Under the pieces are notes generated by a model, which did not search any database, was not told where the DNA came from, and saw only the letters and a list, made by a program, of their open reading frames with translations. Positions 38,614 to 58,815 of a stretch of 64,000 nt of DNA are shown piece after piece. Every line of letters starts with the position of its first letter. Positions within the stretch are counted from its first letter, which is position 1. Source of the DNA: the human T2T-CHM13v2.0 reference genome, Homo sapiens; NCBI GenBank assembly GCA_009914755.4, contig CP086569.2, positions 50,848,001-50,912,000 of the forward strand. The letters are read 5' to 3'. The position numbers and the translations under genes are program-made.

Positions 38614-40708
38614 ATATTTTTTAAATGAAAAAAAATTTCAAAGGTACTCTGCTTGGTACAATAATCAAATGTATATACTGAGGAATAAAACATAACCATG
38701 AAACCTACTTATAACTGCATATGGAAAATACAGAGGATAATTTTTTAAATAACATATTTTGAAAGCCTTAACTAGTAATTTGAAGAGTTGGCATTTGAAA
38801 GGCCAGTATGAATATACCTCCAAAGCAGCAACACAGGTTCCCCATGAGAAAAAACAGACTCAGGGAAAATAAAACCAAATAGGTTCAATCTCTTCTGACC
38901 TTTGAAAGACACAGCACAGACAGTGGTCCTTAGGACGAAGAGCAGGAGACCCCTAATTCCGTCACCATGGCGATAGGGCATAAACATTGCTGGGTGAGGG
39001 CACAATCCACATTGTGAGGTCCAAGTTCTGCCAGGAAGACAAGAGTGCTTTTACATAGACCGAAAGGTCATTGAAGGCTCAGAGTTTTGTTTCAAGAACT
39101 GAATCCCAAGCCCACACGTTATTAGGCAGTGCTTCTTAAAACAAGTTATGAGATGGGAAAAAGGGCACCCACAAACATACGTATACATTATGTATATAAT
39201 AATATACAGTATCATATATATAATATATATAACCTATGTATAATATTGTTTTACATCCTGCATCTTATACTATATATATTGTATAAAATATAATAATTGA
39301 TAATATATAAATTTTACATTTATACAATATGACATATAGTATATATTATAATTTATGACATATATATTATATGTTATATATCATATATAGAATATATTAT
39401 ACGGTTAATATACGAATTATATATAAATTATATATTATATACATTATATATAATATATCTGTTATATATAATACCCATTATGCATAATATATATATTATG
39501 TCTATGTTATATATAGTATAAAACAACATATAATAATATATAATTGTATATATAAAATGTGACATATAATATATATTATATTTTATGACATATGTCATAT
39601 ATATTATATATTATATATAATACGTTGTATGTATAATACCTATATTAAATATATATGATATGACTATGTTATTAATTACATGTGACATGTGTTACATATT
39701 ATATATTTTACATAGAATATACCGGTTACATACAATATATACTATGTTACCTACAATGTATAATTCATTACATGTAAAATAAAGAATGGAATATATTATG
39801 TATAATTTATAATATACAATATGTGGAATGTGATATATATAACATATAATATATGATATATGATATACAGTATATGATATATAACATACAATATATGATA
39901 CCTAATATATATGGTATACATTATATATTTTATGATATGCATTCTATATGTTTTATATTCTGTTATATATAACTATTTGAAATTATATATAACTGTATAA
40001 TATTTTATGTAAATATGTAATATAATATATATAGCTATATAATATATTATATATAACTATATATTATGTTATATATACTTTTATAACATAATTTACATAA
40101 AATATCATAATATAATATATATTATATTATTTCATAATACATAATATATATTATATATCACCCAATATAAGTAACATACATAATATTATAATATAGATTA
40201 TATTATGTTATATTAAATATCATATATATCATGTATGATATATAATAATATATATTATACATTATATAATATGTATGTTGTCTATTATGTGATATATATA
40301 ACTATATATATAATTATATTATTATACATATAACTAGATAAACGTGTAATTCTACATATTTTCATTTATAATATACAGAATTATATAATCATATATAATT
40401 ATTTATATTCTATAAAAAATTATATCATTATATATTATAATATATAAAAATTATAATATGTACTACTAATATATATATTATATATCATATATGATATAGT
40501 ACCTTTGTTATATATCATAATACATATAAATGTGTATTATGTTATCTATAATTATATAATTTCATATATAAGATGTATAATATGTATTATATATTATATA
40601 TGTTATGTAATATATATAGTATATATAAGATGACACAGGATAAATATTATATACTATGACATATAAAATATATGAGGTTATATGTTACATATAAGGCATA
40701 GCACATAA

Positions 40709-41029
<321 letters not shown>

Positions 41030-43121
41030 ATATTTTTTAAATGAAAAAAAATTTCAAAGGTACTCTGCTTGGTACAATAATCAAATGTATAAACTGAGGA
41101 ATAAAACATAACCATGAAACCTACTTATAACTGCATATGGAAAATACAGAGGATAATTTTTTAAATAACATATTTTGAAAGCCTTAAGTAGTAATTTGAA
41201 GAGTTGGTATTTGAAAGGCCAGTATGAATATACCTTCAAAGCAGCAACACAGGTTCCCCATGAGAAAAAGCAAACTCAGGGAAAATAAAACCACAAAGGT
41301 TCAATCTCTTCTGACCTTTGAAAGACACAGCACAGACAGTGGTCCTTAGGACGAAGAGCAGGAGACCCCTAATTCCGTCACCATGGCGATAGGGCATAAA
41401 CATTGCTGGGTGAGGGCACAATCCACATTGTGAGGTCCAACTGCTGCCAGGAAGACAGGAGTGCTTTTACATAGACCGAAAGGTCATTGAAGGCTCAGAG
41501 TTTTGTTTCAAGAACTGAATCCCAAGCCCACACGTTATTAGGCTGCGCTTCTTAAAACAAGTTATGAGATGGGAAAAAGGGCACCCACAAACATACGTAT
41601 ACATTATGTATATAATAATATACAGTATCATATATATAATATATATAACCTACGTATAATATTGTTTTACATCCTGCATCTTATGTTATATATATTGTAT
41701 AAAATATAATAATTGATAATATATAAGTTTTATATTTATACAATAAGACATATAGTATATATTATAATTTATGACATATATAATATATGTTATATATCAT
41801 ATATAGAATATATTATACGGTTAATATACGTATTAAATATAAATTATACATTATATATATTATATATAATATATCTGTTATATATAATACCCATTATGCA
41901 TAATATATATATTATGTCTATGTTATATATAGTAGAAAACAACATATAATAATATATAATTGTATATATAAAATGCGACATATAATATATATTATATTTT
42001 ATGACATATATAATATATATTATATATTATATATAATACGTTGTATGTATAATACCTATATTAAATATATATTATATGACTATGTTATTAATTACATGTC
42101 ACATGTGTTATATATTATATATTTTACATAGAATATACCGGTTACATACAATATATACTATGTTACCTACAATGTATAATTTATTACATGTAAAATAAAG
42201 AATGCAATATATTATGTATAATTTATAATATTCAATATGTGGAATGTGATATATATAACATATAATATATGATATATGATATACAGTATATGATATATAA
42301 CATACAATATATGATACCTAATATATATGGTATACAATATATATTTTATGATATGTATTCTATATGTTTTATATTCTGTTATATATAACTATTTGAAATT
42401 ATATATAACTGTATTATATTTTATGTAAATATGTAATATAATATATATAACTATATAACATATTATATATAACTATATATTATGTTTTATATACTTTTAT
42501 AACATAATTTACATAAAATATCATAATATAATATATATTATATTATTTCATATTACATAATATATATTACATATCACCCAATATAAGTAACATATATAAT
42601 ATTATAATATAGATTATATTATGTTATATTAAATATCATATATATCATGTATCACATATTCTATAATATATATTACACATTATATAATATGTATGTTGTC
42701 TATTATGTGATATATGTAACTATATATATAATTATATTATTATACATATAACTAAATAAACATGTAATTCTACATATTTTCATTTATAATATATAGAATT
42801 ATATAATCATATATATCATTATTTATATTCCATAAAAAATTATATCATTATATAAATTATAATATATAAAAATTATAATATGTACTACAAATATATATAT
42901 TATATATCATATATGATATAGTACCTTTGTTATATATCATAATACATATAAATGTGTATTATGTTATCTATAATTATATAATTTCATATATAAGATGTAT
43001 AATATGTATCATATATTATATATGTTATGTAATATATATAGTATATATAAAATGACACAGGATAAATATTATATACTATGACATATAAAATATATGAGGT
43101 TATAATATATATCATATATAA

Positions 43122-43419
<298 letters not shown>

Positions 43420-45507
43420 ATATTTTTTAAATGAAAAAAAATTTCAAAGCTACTCTGCTTGGTACAATAATCAAATGTATAAACTGAGGAATAAAACATA
43501 ACCATGAAACCTACTTATAACTGCATATGGAAAATACAGAGGATAATTTTTTAAATAACATATTTTGAAAGCCTTAACTAGTAATTTGAAGAGTTCGCAT
43601 TTGAAAGGCCAGTATGAATATACCTTCAAAGCAGCAACACAGGTTCCCCATGAGAAAAAGAAAACTCAGGGAAAATAAAAACACAAAGGTTCAATCTCTT
43701 CTGACCTTTGAAAGACACAGCACAGACAGTGGTCCTTAGGACGAAGAGCAGGAGACCCCTAATTCCGTCACCATGGCGATAGGGCATAAACATTGCTGGG
43801 TGAGGGCACAATCCACATTGTGAGGTCCAACTGCTGCCAGGAAGACAGGAGTGCTTTTACATAGACCGAAAGGTCATTGAAGGCTCAGAGCTTTGTTTCA
43901 AGAACTGAATCCCAAGCCCACACGTTATTAGGCTGCGCTTCTTAAAACAAGTTATGAGATGGGAAAAAGGGCACCCACAAACATACGTATACATTATGTA
44001 TATAATAATATACAGTATCATATATATAATATATATAACCTATGTATAATATTGTTTTACATCCTGCATCTTATGTTATATATATTGTATAAAATATAAT
44101 AATTGATAATATATAAGTTTTATATTTATACAATATGACATATAGTATATATTATAATTTATGACATATATAATATATGTTATATATCATATATAGAATA
44201 TATTATACGGTTAATATACGTATTAAATATAAATTATACATTATATATATTATATATAATATATCTGTTATATATAATACCCATTATGCATAATATATAT
44301 TATGTCTATGTTATATATAGTATAAAACAACATATAATAATATATAATTGTATATATAAAATGCGACATATAATATATATTATATTTTATGACATATGTA
44401 TTATATATTATATATTATATATAATACGTTGTACGTATAATAACTATATTAAATATATATTATATGACTATGTTATTAATTACATGTCACATATGTTATA
44501 TATTATATATTTTACATAGAATATACCGGTTACATACAATATATACTATGTTACCTATAATGTATAATTGATTACATGTAAAATAAAGAATGCAATATAT
44601 TATGTATAATTTATAATATACAATATGTGGAATGTGATATATATAACAAATAATATATGATATATGATATACAGTATATGATATATAACATACAATATAT
44701 GATACCTAATGTATATGGTATACAATATATATTTTATGATATGTATTCTATATGTTTTATATTCTGTTGTATATAACTATTTGAAATTATATATAACTGT
44801 ATAATATTTTATGTAAATATGTAATATAATATATATAACTATATAATATATTATATATAATTATATATTATGTTATATATACTTTTATAACATAATTTAC
44901 ATAAAATATCATAATATAATATATATTATATTATTTCATATTACATAATATATCTTACATATCACCCAATATAAGTAACATACATAATATTATAATATAG
45001 ATTATATTATGTTATATTAAATATCATATATATCATGTATCATATATTCTATAATATATATTATACATTATATAATATGTATGTTGTCTATTATGTGATA
45101 TATATAACTATATATATAATTATATTATTATACATATAACTAGATAAACATGTAATTCTACATATTTTCATTTATAATATATAGAATTATATAACCATAT
45201 ATAATTATTTATATTCTATAAAAAATTATATCATTATATAAATTATAATATATAAAAATTATAATATGTACTACAAATATATATATTATATATCATATAT
45301 GATATAGTACCTTTGTTATATATCATAATACATATAAATGTGTATTATGTTATCTATAATTATATAATTTCATATATAAGATGTATAATATGTATTATAT
45401 ATTATATATGTTATGTATTATACATAGTATATATAAGATGACACAGGATAAATATTATGTACTATGACATATAAAATATATGAGGTTATAATATATATCA
45501 TATATAA

Positions 45508-45805
<298 letters not shown>

Positions 45806-45902
45806 ATATTTTTTAAATGAAAAAAAATTTCAAAGGTACTCTGCTTGGTACAATAATCAAATGTATAAACTGAGGAATAAAACATAACCATGAAACCTAC
45901 TT

Positions 45903-49644
<3,742 letters not shown>

Positions 49645-49650
<6 letters not shown>

Positions 49651-49658
49651 TATGGACT
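49645..49658. other. DYZ2 (AT-rich segment) to HSat3 array junction
   Basis: The DYZ2 AT-rich text 'ccataatatatcata' gives way abruptly to 'tggactcctttggaatggtctagtatacaatgcaatcgactggcaggg'. Both flanks could have supplied the 2–3 bp 'at(a)' at 49,649–49,651. Confidence 0.8.
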
Positions 49659-51727
49659 CCTTTGGAATGGTCTAGTATACAATGCAATCGACTGGCAGGG
49701 AATTAAAAGGAATGCAATCGAATGGATTGCACAGGAATGCAATGGACTCGAATAGATTGGAAACAGAATGCAAAGGAATGGAATGGAATAGTATGGAATG
49801 GAATGGAAAGGAATGGAGTGGAATAGACTAGAGTAGAATGGAATTTACTCGAAAGCAATGGACTGGAATAGAACTTTATTGAATGGGCTGGAATCAAACG
49901 GAATGGAATGCTGTGCAATCAAATAGAATGAAAGAGAATCAAATCCAATCGAATGGATTGGAAAGGAATTGACTGAAATGGAATGGACTAGAATGGAAGG
50001 CAAAGGAATGGAATCTATAGGAATGGACTGTAATGGAATGGAATGGAATGGGTTGGAATGGAATCGAATGGAATGGACTGCAATAGAAAGGATTCGAATG
50101 GAATGAAAAAGAATTGAATGGAATAGAACAGAATGGAATCAAATCGAGTGAAATGGAATGGAATAGAAAAGAATGGACTCGAATGGAATGGAATGTCATG
50201 GAATGGCATCAAATGGAATGGAATCGAATGCAATGGAATGCTATGGAATGGAATGGAATGCATTGGAATGGAATGTCCTCTAATGGAATGGATTCGAGTG
50301 GAATGGAATCGAATATAATGGAGTCGAATGAAATGGAATTGAAAGGAATGGGACTGAATACAATGGAATATACTGGAATGTAATGTAATGAACTCGAATG
50401 TAATTGACTGGAATGGAATGTACATGAATGGAATGTAATCGAATGGAAAGTAATCCAATGGAATAGAATCTAATGCAATAAAATCGACTCAGATAGAGTA
50501 GAATGTAATGGAATGGAGTGCAGTGCAATGGAATGGAATGGAATGGAATGCAGTGGAATGGAATGGAATGGAATGCAATGGAATGGAATGTATTAGAATG
50601 TAATGAACATTAATGGAATGTACTCGAATGGATTCGACTGGAATGGAATGTTCTGTAAGTTTATGGACTCCAATGGAATGGATTCGAAAGGAATGGAATC
50701 GAACGGAATGGAATCTAATGGAATGGAATTAAATGGAAATGAATCAAATTGAATAGCACGGAATTGAATTGAATGTAATAGAATGCAATGTAATCTAATG
50801 AAACAGAAAGGAAAGGAATGGAATGGAATGGAATGGGCTGGAATGGAATGGAATAGAAACGAATGGAATGGAATCGAACTAAAGAGACTGGAATGGAATG
50901 CACTGGAATGGAAGGGAGTGTAATGGAAGGTTCTCGAAAAAAATGGAATCGAATGGAATGAAATTGAATGGAACGGAATAGAGTCGAATGGAATTGAATG
51001 GAATGGAATGGACTAGAGTGAAATGGAATCGAACCACAAGGAATGGACAGGAATAGAATGGTCTCGAATTGAATGGAATCGTATGGAATGGCATCAAACG
51101 GAATGGAATGGACAGCCACGGAATGGAATGCACTCGAATGCAATGGAGTCGAACTAATGGACTGGAATAGAATGGACTCGACTGGTACGGACTCCAATGG
51201 AATGGAATCGAATGGAAGGGAATCGAACGGAATGGACTCGAAGGGAAAAGACTGCAATGGAAAGGTCTCGAATGGAATGGAAATTAATGGAATGGAATGG
51301 AATCGAATGAAGTGGAGTCAAAAGGAATGGAATCGAATGGCAAGAAATCGAATGTAATGGAATCGCAAGGAATTGATGTGAACGGAACGGAATGGAATGG
51401 AATCCAAAGGAATGGAATAGAATGGAATGGAATCAAATGGAAAGGACTCGAATGGAAATCACTCGAATAGAATGCAATTTAATAAAATAGGATCAAATGT
51501 AATGGAATGGAATGGAAAGGAATCGAAACGAAAGGAATGGAGACAGATGGAATGGAATGGAACAGAGAGCAATGGTATAGAATGGAATGGAATCATCTGG
51601 AATGGAAATGAATGGAATGGAATAACATGAAATGGAATGGAATGGAATGGAATACCCTTGAATTAAATGGACTGGAATGGAATGGACTCGAACAGAGTGT
51701 AATGGAAAGTGTTGAAATAGAATGGAA
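49653..51727. repeat. DYZ1 higher-order unit A' (junction-proximal, internally deleted, 2,075 bp)
   Basis: This unit is collinear with unit B, but the alignment offset steps from 2,075 to about 2,140, then to about 2,883, then to 3,544. That implies roughly 65 bp plus 720 bp plus 660 bp missing. The missing segment includes the GGCC/EcoRI-containing part of the unit. Confidence 0.75.
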
Positions 51728-54700
51728 TGGACTCGTTTGGAATGGTCTAGTATGCAATGCAATCGACTGGCAGGGAATCAAAAGGAATGTAATCGAATGG
51801 ATTGGACTGGAATGCAATGGACTCGAATAGATTGGAAACGGAATGCAAAGGAATGGAATGGAATAGTATGGAATGGAATGGAAAGGAATGGAGTGGAATA
51901 GACTAGAGTGGAATGGAATGGACTGGAAAGCAATGGACTGGAATGGAACTTTCTTGAATGGACTGGAATCAAACGGAATGGAATGCAATGCAATCAAATG
52001 TCATGGAATAAAATAGAATGCAAGAGAATCAAATGGAATTGAATCGAATGGAATCGAATGGATTGGAAAGGAATAGAATGGAATGGAATGGAATTGACTC
52101 AAATGGAATGGACTAGAATGGAATGGATTCGAATGGAAGGCAAAGGAATGGAATCTATTGGAATGGACTGTAATGGAATGGAATGGAAGGGATTGGAATG
52201 GACTCGAATGGAATGGACTGCAATAGAAAGGATTCGAATGGAATGAAAAAGAATTGAATGGAATAGAACAGAATGGAATCAAATCGAATGAAATGGAATG
52301 GAATAGAAAGGAATGGAATGAAATGGAATGGAAAGGATTCGAATGGAATGCAATCGAATGGAATGCAATCGAATGGAATGGAATCGAACGGAATGGAATA
52401 AAATGGAAGAAAACTGGCAAGAAATGGAATCGAAATGAATGGAGTGTTATGGAACGGACTCAAAAGGAATTGAATGTAATAGAATGGAGTGGAGTGGACT
52501 CGAATATAATGGACTGGAATGGAATGAAATCACATGGAATGGGAACGAATGGAATGGAATGGAAAGGAATGGAATGGAATGGAAAGGAATCGAATGGAAG
52601 GGAATGAAATTGAATCAACAGGAATGGAAGGGAATAGAATAGACGGTAATGGAATGGACTCGAATAGAATGGACACGAATGCTCAAATTGAATGGACTCG
52701 AATGGAATGGAAACGAAAGGAATGTCATCGAATGGAATTGAATCGATTGGAATGAAATCGCATAGAATGGAGTGGAATCAAATGGAATTGAATCGAAAGG
52801 AAAGGAAGCGAATGGACTGAAATGAAATGGAATGGAATTGAATGGAAAGTAATGCAATGGAATAGAATGGAACGAAATTTCACGGAATGGAATCAAACTG
52901 AATGGAATCAAATCAATGGAATATAATCAAATGGAATGGAAAGGAATTGAATGGAGTAGATTGGATTGGATGGGATTGGAATGAAACGTACTGGAAAGGA
53001 CTCGAATTTCATGAAACGGAATGGAATGAATTGGAACGGAATGGACTCGAAAGGAATGGAATGACATGGAATGGCATCAAATGGAATGGCATCAAATGGA
53101 ATGGAATCAAATGCAATGGAATGCTATGGAATGGAATGGAATGCATTGGAATGGAATGTCCTCTAATGGAATGGATTCGAGTGGAATGGAATCGAATATA
53201 ATGGAGTCGAATGAAATGGAATTGAAAGGAATGGGATCGAATAGAATGGAATATACTGGAATGTAATGTAATGAACACGAATGTAATTGACTGGAATGGA
53301 ATGTACATGAATGGAATGTAATCGAATGGAAAGTAATCCAATGGAATAGAATGTAATGCAATAAAATCGACTCAAATAGAATAGAATGTAATGGAATGGA
53401 GTGCAGTGCAATGGAATGGAATGGAATGGAATGCAATGGAATGGAATGGAATGGAATGGAATGGGATGGAATGGTATGGAATGGATAGTAATGGACTGGA
53501 GTGAAATGGACTGGAAAGGACTGGACTCAAATTGAAAGGGCTCGAAAGGAAAGGAGTCAAATGGAATGGTCTGGAATGGAATGAACACGAATGTAATGCA
53601 ATCCAATAGAATGGAATCGAATGGCATGGAATATAAAGAAATGGAATCGAAGAGAATGGAAACAAATGGAATGGAATTGAATGGAATGGGAATGAATGGA
53701 GTGAAATTGTATGCAGTAGAAGAGAATAGAATGCAATGGAAGCGAAAGGAAAGGAATGGATTGGAATGGAATGGAATTCATTGGAATGGAAGGGAATGTA
53801 GTGTAATGGACAGGCCTGGAATAAAGTGGAATGCTACGGTCTCGAATGGAATAAAAATGTATGGAATGGAATGCAGTGAAACGGAATCGAATGTCATAGA
53901 ATGTAATGGAATGCAAAAAAATGGAATCCAAAATCATTGACTGGAAAGGCTGGGTGTCGAAAGGAATTGACTCCAATGGAATGGAATCTAAAGGAATGGA
54001 AGTGAATAGAATCGAACTAAATCGAATGGAATGGAATTGATAGGAACGGAATGGAAAGGAATGCAATGATTTGGCATGGAATGGAATCGAATGGCATCGA
54101 ATGGAATGGAATGGAATGCAATGGAATGGAATGTATTAGAATGTAATGAACTTTAATGGAATGTACTCGAATGGATTCGACTGGAATGGAATGTTCTGGA
54201 AGTGAATGGACTCCAATGGAATGGATTCGAAAGGAATGGGACCGAACGGAATGGAATCTAATGGAATGGAATTAAATGGAAATGAATCAAATTGAATAGC
54301 ACGGAATTGAATTGAATGGAATGGAATGCAATGGAATCTAATGAAACGGAAAGGAAAGGAATGGAATGGAATGGAATGGGCTGGAATGGAAAGGAATCGA
54401 AACGAATGGAATGGAATCGAACTGAAGAGACTGGAATGGAATGCACTGGAATGGAAGGGAGTGTAATGGAAGGTTCTGGAAAAAAATGGAATCGAATGGA
54501 ATGGAATTGAATGGAAAGGAATAGAGTCGAATGGAATTGAATGGAATGGAATGGAATAGAGTGAAATGGAATCGAACCACAAGGAATGGACAGGAATAGA
54601 ATGGTCTCGAATTGAATGGAATCGTATGGAATGGCATCAAACGGAATGGAATGGACAGCCACGGAATGGAATGCACTCCAATGCAATGGAGTCGAAACTA

Positions 54701-55271
54701 ATGGACTGGAATAGAATGGACTCGACTGGTACGGACTCCAATGGAATGGAATCGAATGGAAGGGAATCGAACGGAATGGACTCGAAGGGAAAAGACTGCA
54801 ATGGAAAGGTCTCGAATGGAATGGAAATTAATGGAATGGAATGGAATCGAATGAAATGGAGTCAAAAGGAATGGAATCGAATGGCAAGAAATGGAATGTA
54901 ATGGAATCGCAAGGAATTGATGTGAACGGAACGGAATGGAATGGAATCCAAAGGAATGGAATAGAATGGAATGGAATCGAATGGAAAGGACTCGAATGGA
55001 AATCACTCGAATAGAATGCAATTTAATAAAATAGGATCAAATGTAATGGAATGGAATGGAAAGGAATCGAAACGAAAGGAATGGAGACAGATGGAATGGA
55101 ATGGAACAGAGAGCAATGGTATAGAATGGAATGGAATCATCTGGAATGGAATTGAATGGAATGGAATAATATGAAATGGAATGGAATGGAATGGAATGCC
55201 CTTGAATTAAATGGACTGGAATGGAATGGACTCGAACAGAGTGGAATGGAAAGTGTTGAAATAGAATGGAA
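51728..55271. repeat. DYZ1 higher-order unit B (3,544 bp)
   Basis: The anchor 'tggactcgtttggaatggtctagtatgcaatgcaatcgactggcaggg' lies at 51,728 and recurs at 55,272. Confidence 0.85.
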
Positions 55272-58200
55272 TGGACTCGTTTGGAATGGTCTAGTATGCA
55301 ATGCAATCGACTGGCAGGGAATCAAAAGGAATGTAATCGAATGTATTGGACTGGAATGCAATGGACTCGAATAGATTGGAAACGGAAAGCAAAGGAATGG
55401 AATGGAATAGTATGGAATGGAATGGAAAGGAATGGAGTGGAATAGACTAGAGTGGAATGGAATGGACTCGAAAGCAATGGACTGGAATGGAACTTTCTTG
55501 AATGGACTGGAATCAAACAGAATGGAATGCAATGCAATCAAATGTCATGGAATAAAATAGAATGCAAGAGAATCAAATGGAATTGAATCGAATGGAATCG
55601 AATGGATTGGAAAGGAATAGAATGGAATGGAATGGAATTGACTCAAATGGAATGGACTAGAATGGAATGGATTCGAATGGAAGGCAAAGGAATGGAATCT
55701 ATTGGAATGGACTGTAATGGAATGGAATGGAAGGGATTGGAATGGACTCGAATGGAATGGACTGCAATAGAAAGGATTCGAATGGAATGAAAAAGAATTG
55801 AATGGAATAGAACAGAATGGAATCAAATCGAATGAAATGGAATGGAATAGAAAGGAATGGAATGAAATGGAATGGAAAGGATTCGAATGGAATGCAATCG
55901 AATGGAATGCAATCGAATGGAATGGAATCGAACGGAATGGAATAAAATGGAAGAAAACTGGCAAGAAATGGAATCGAAATGAATGGAGTGTTATGGAACG
56001 GACTCAAAAGGAATTGAATGTAATAGAATGGAGTGGAGTGGACTCGAATATAATGGACTAGAATGGAATGAAATCACATGGAATGGGAACGAATGGAATG
56101 GAATGGAAAGGAATGGAATGGAATGGAAAGGAATCGAATGGAAGGGAATGAAATTGAATCAACAGGAATGGAAGGGAGTAGAATAGACGGTAATAGAATG
56201 GACTCGAATAGAATGGACACGAATGCTCAAATTGAATGGACTCGAATGGAATGGAAACGAAAGGAATGTCATCGAATGGAATTGAATCGATTGGAATGAA
56301 ATCGCATAGAATGGAGTGGAATCAAATGGAATTGAATCGAAAGGAAAGGAAGCGAATGGACTGAAATGAAATGGAATGGAATTGAATGGAAAGTAATGCA
56401 ATGGAATAGAATGGAACGAAATTTCACGGAATGGAATCAAACTGAATGGAATCAAATCAATGGAATATAATCAAATGGAATGGAAAGGAATTGAATGGAG
56501 TAGATTGGATTGGATGGGATTGGAATGAAATGTACTGGAAAGGACTCGAATTTCATGAAACGGAATGGAATGAATTGGAACGGAATGGACTCGAAAGGAA
56601 TGGAATGACATGGAATGGCATCAAATGGAATGGCATCAAACGGAATGGAATCAAATGCAATGGAATGCTATGGAATGGAATGGAATGCATTGGAATGGAA
56701 TGTCCTCTAATGGAATGGATTCGAGTGGAATGGAATCGAATATAATGGAGTCGAATGAAATGGAATTGAAAGGAATGGGATCGAATAGAATGGAATATAC
56801 TGGAATGTAATGTAATGAACACGAATGTAATTGACTGGAATGGAATGTACATGAATGGAATGTAATCGAATGGAAAGTAATCCAATGGAATAGAATATAA
56901 TGCAATAAAATCGACTCAAATAGAATAGAATGTAATGGAATGGAGTGCAGTGCAATGGAATGGAATGGAATGGAATGCAATGGAATGGAATGGAATGGAA
57001 TGGAATGGGATGGAATGGTATGGAATGGATAGTAATGGACTGGAGTGAAATGGACTGGAAAGGACTGGACTCAAATTGAAAGGGCTCGAAAGGAAAGGAG
57101 TCAAATGGAATGGTCTGGAATGGAATGAACACGAATGTAATGCAATCCAATAGAATGGAATCGAAAGGCATGGAATATAAAGAAATGGAATCGAAGAGAA
57201 TGGAAACAAATGGAATGGAATTGAATGGAATGGGAATGAATGGAGTGAAATTGTATGCAGTAGAAGAGAATAGAATGGAATGCAAGCGAAAGGAAAGGAA
57301 TGGATTGGAATGGAATGGAATTCATTGGAATGGAAGGGAATGTAGTGTAATGGACAGGCCTGGAATAAAGTGGAATGCTACGGTCTCGAATGGAATAAAA
57401 ATGTATGGAATGGAATGCAGTGAAACGGAATCGAATGTCATAGAATGTAATGGAATGCAAAAAAATGGAATCCAAAATCATTGACTGGAAAGGCTGGGTG
57501 TCGAAAGGAATTGACTCCAATGGAATGGAATCTAAAGGAATGGAAGTGAATAGAATCGAACTAAATCGAATGGAATGGAATTGATAGGAACGGAATGGAA
57601 AGGAATGCAATGATTTGGCATGGAATGGAATCGAATGGCATCGAATGGAATGGAATGGAATGCAATGGAATGGAATGTATTACAATGTAATGAACTTTAA
57701 TGGAATGTACTCGAATGGATTCGACTGGAATGGAATGTTCTGGAAGTGAATGGACTCCAATGGAATGGATTCGAAAGGAATGAGACCGAACGGAATGGAA
57801 TCTAACGGAATGGAATTAAATGGAAATGAATCAAATTGAATAGCACGGAATTGAATTGAATGGAATCGAATGCAATGGAATCTAATGAAACGGAAAGGAA
57901 AGGAATGGAATGGAATGGAATGGGCTGGAATGGAATGGAATCGAAACGAATGGAATGGAATCGAACTGAAGAGACTGGAATGGAATGCACTGGAATGGAA
58001 GGGAGTGTAATGGAAGGTTCTGGAAAAAAATGGAATCGAATGGAATGGAATTGAATGGAACGGAATAGAGTCGAATGGAATTCAATGGAATGGAATGGAA
58101 TAGAGTGAAATGGAATCGAACCACAAGGAATGGACAGGAATAGAATGGTCTCGAATTGAATGGAATCGTATGGAATGGCATCAAACGGAATGGAATGGAC

Positions 58201-58815
58201 AGCCACGGAATGGAATGCACTCGAATGCAGTGGAGTCGAAACTAATGGACTGGAATAGAATGGACTCGACTGGTACGGACTCCAATGGAATGGCATCGAA
58301 TGCAAGGGAATCGAACGGAATGGACTCGAAGGGAAAAGACTGCAATGGAAAGGTCTCGAATGGAATGGAAATTAATGGAATGGAATGGAATCGAATGAAA
58401 TGGAGTCAAAAGGAATGGAATCGAATGGCAAGAAATCAAATGTAATGGAATCGCAAGGAATTGATGTGAACGGAACGGAATGGAATGGAATCCAAAGGAA
58501 TGGAATAGAATGGAATGGAATCGAATGGAAAGGACTCGAATGGAAATCACTCGAATAGAATGCAATTTAATAAAATAGGATCAAATGAAATGGAATGGAA
58601 TGGAAAGGAATCGAAACGAAAGGAATGGAGACAGATGGAATGGAATGGAACAGAGAGCAATGGTATAGAATGGAATGGAAACATCTGGAATGAAATTGAA
58701 TGGAATGGAATAACATGAAATGGACTGGAATGGAATGGAATGCCCTTGAATTAAATGGACTGGAATGGAATGGACTCGAAAAGAGTGGAATGGAAAGTGT
58801 TGAAATAGAATGGAA
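55272..58815. repeat. DYZ1 higher-order unit C (3,544 bp)
   Basis: The same anchor recurs at 58,816. The unit is near-identical to unit B. Confidence 0.85.
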
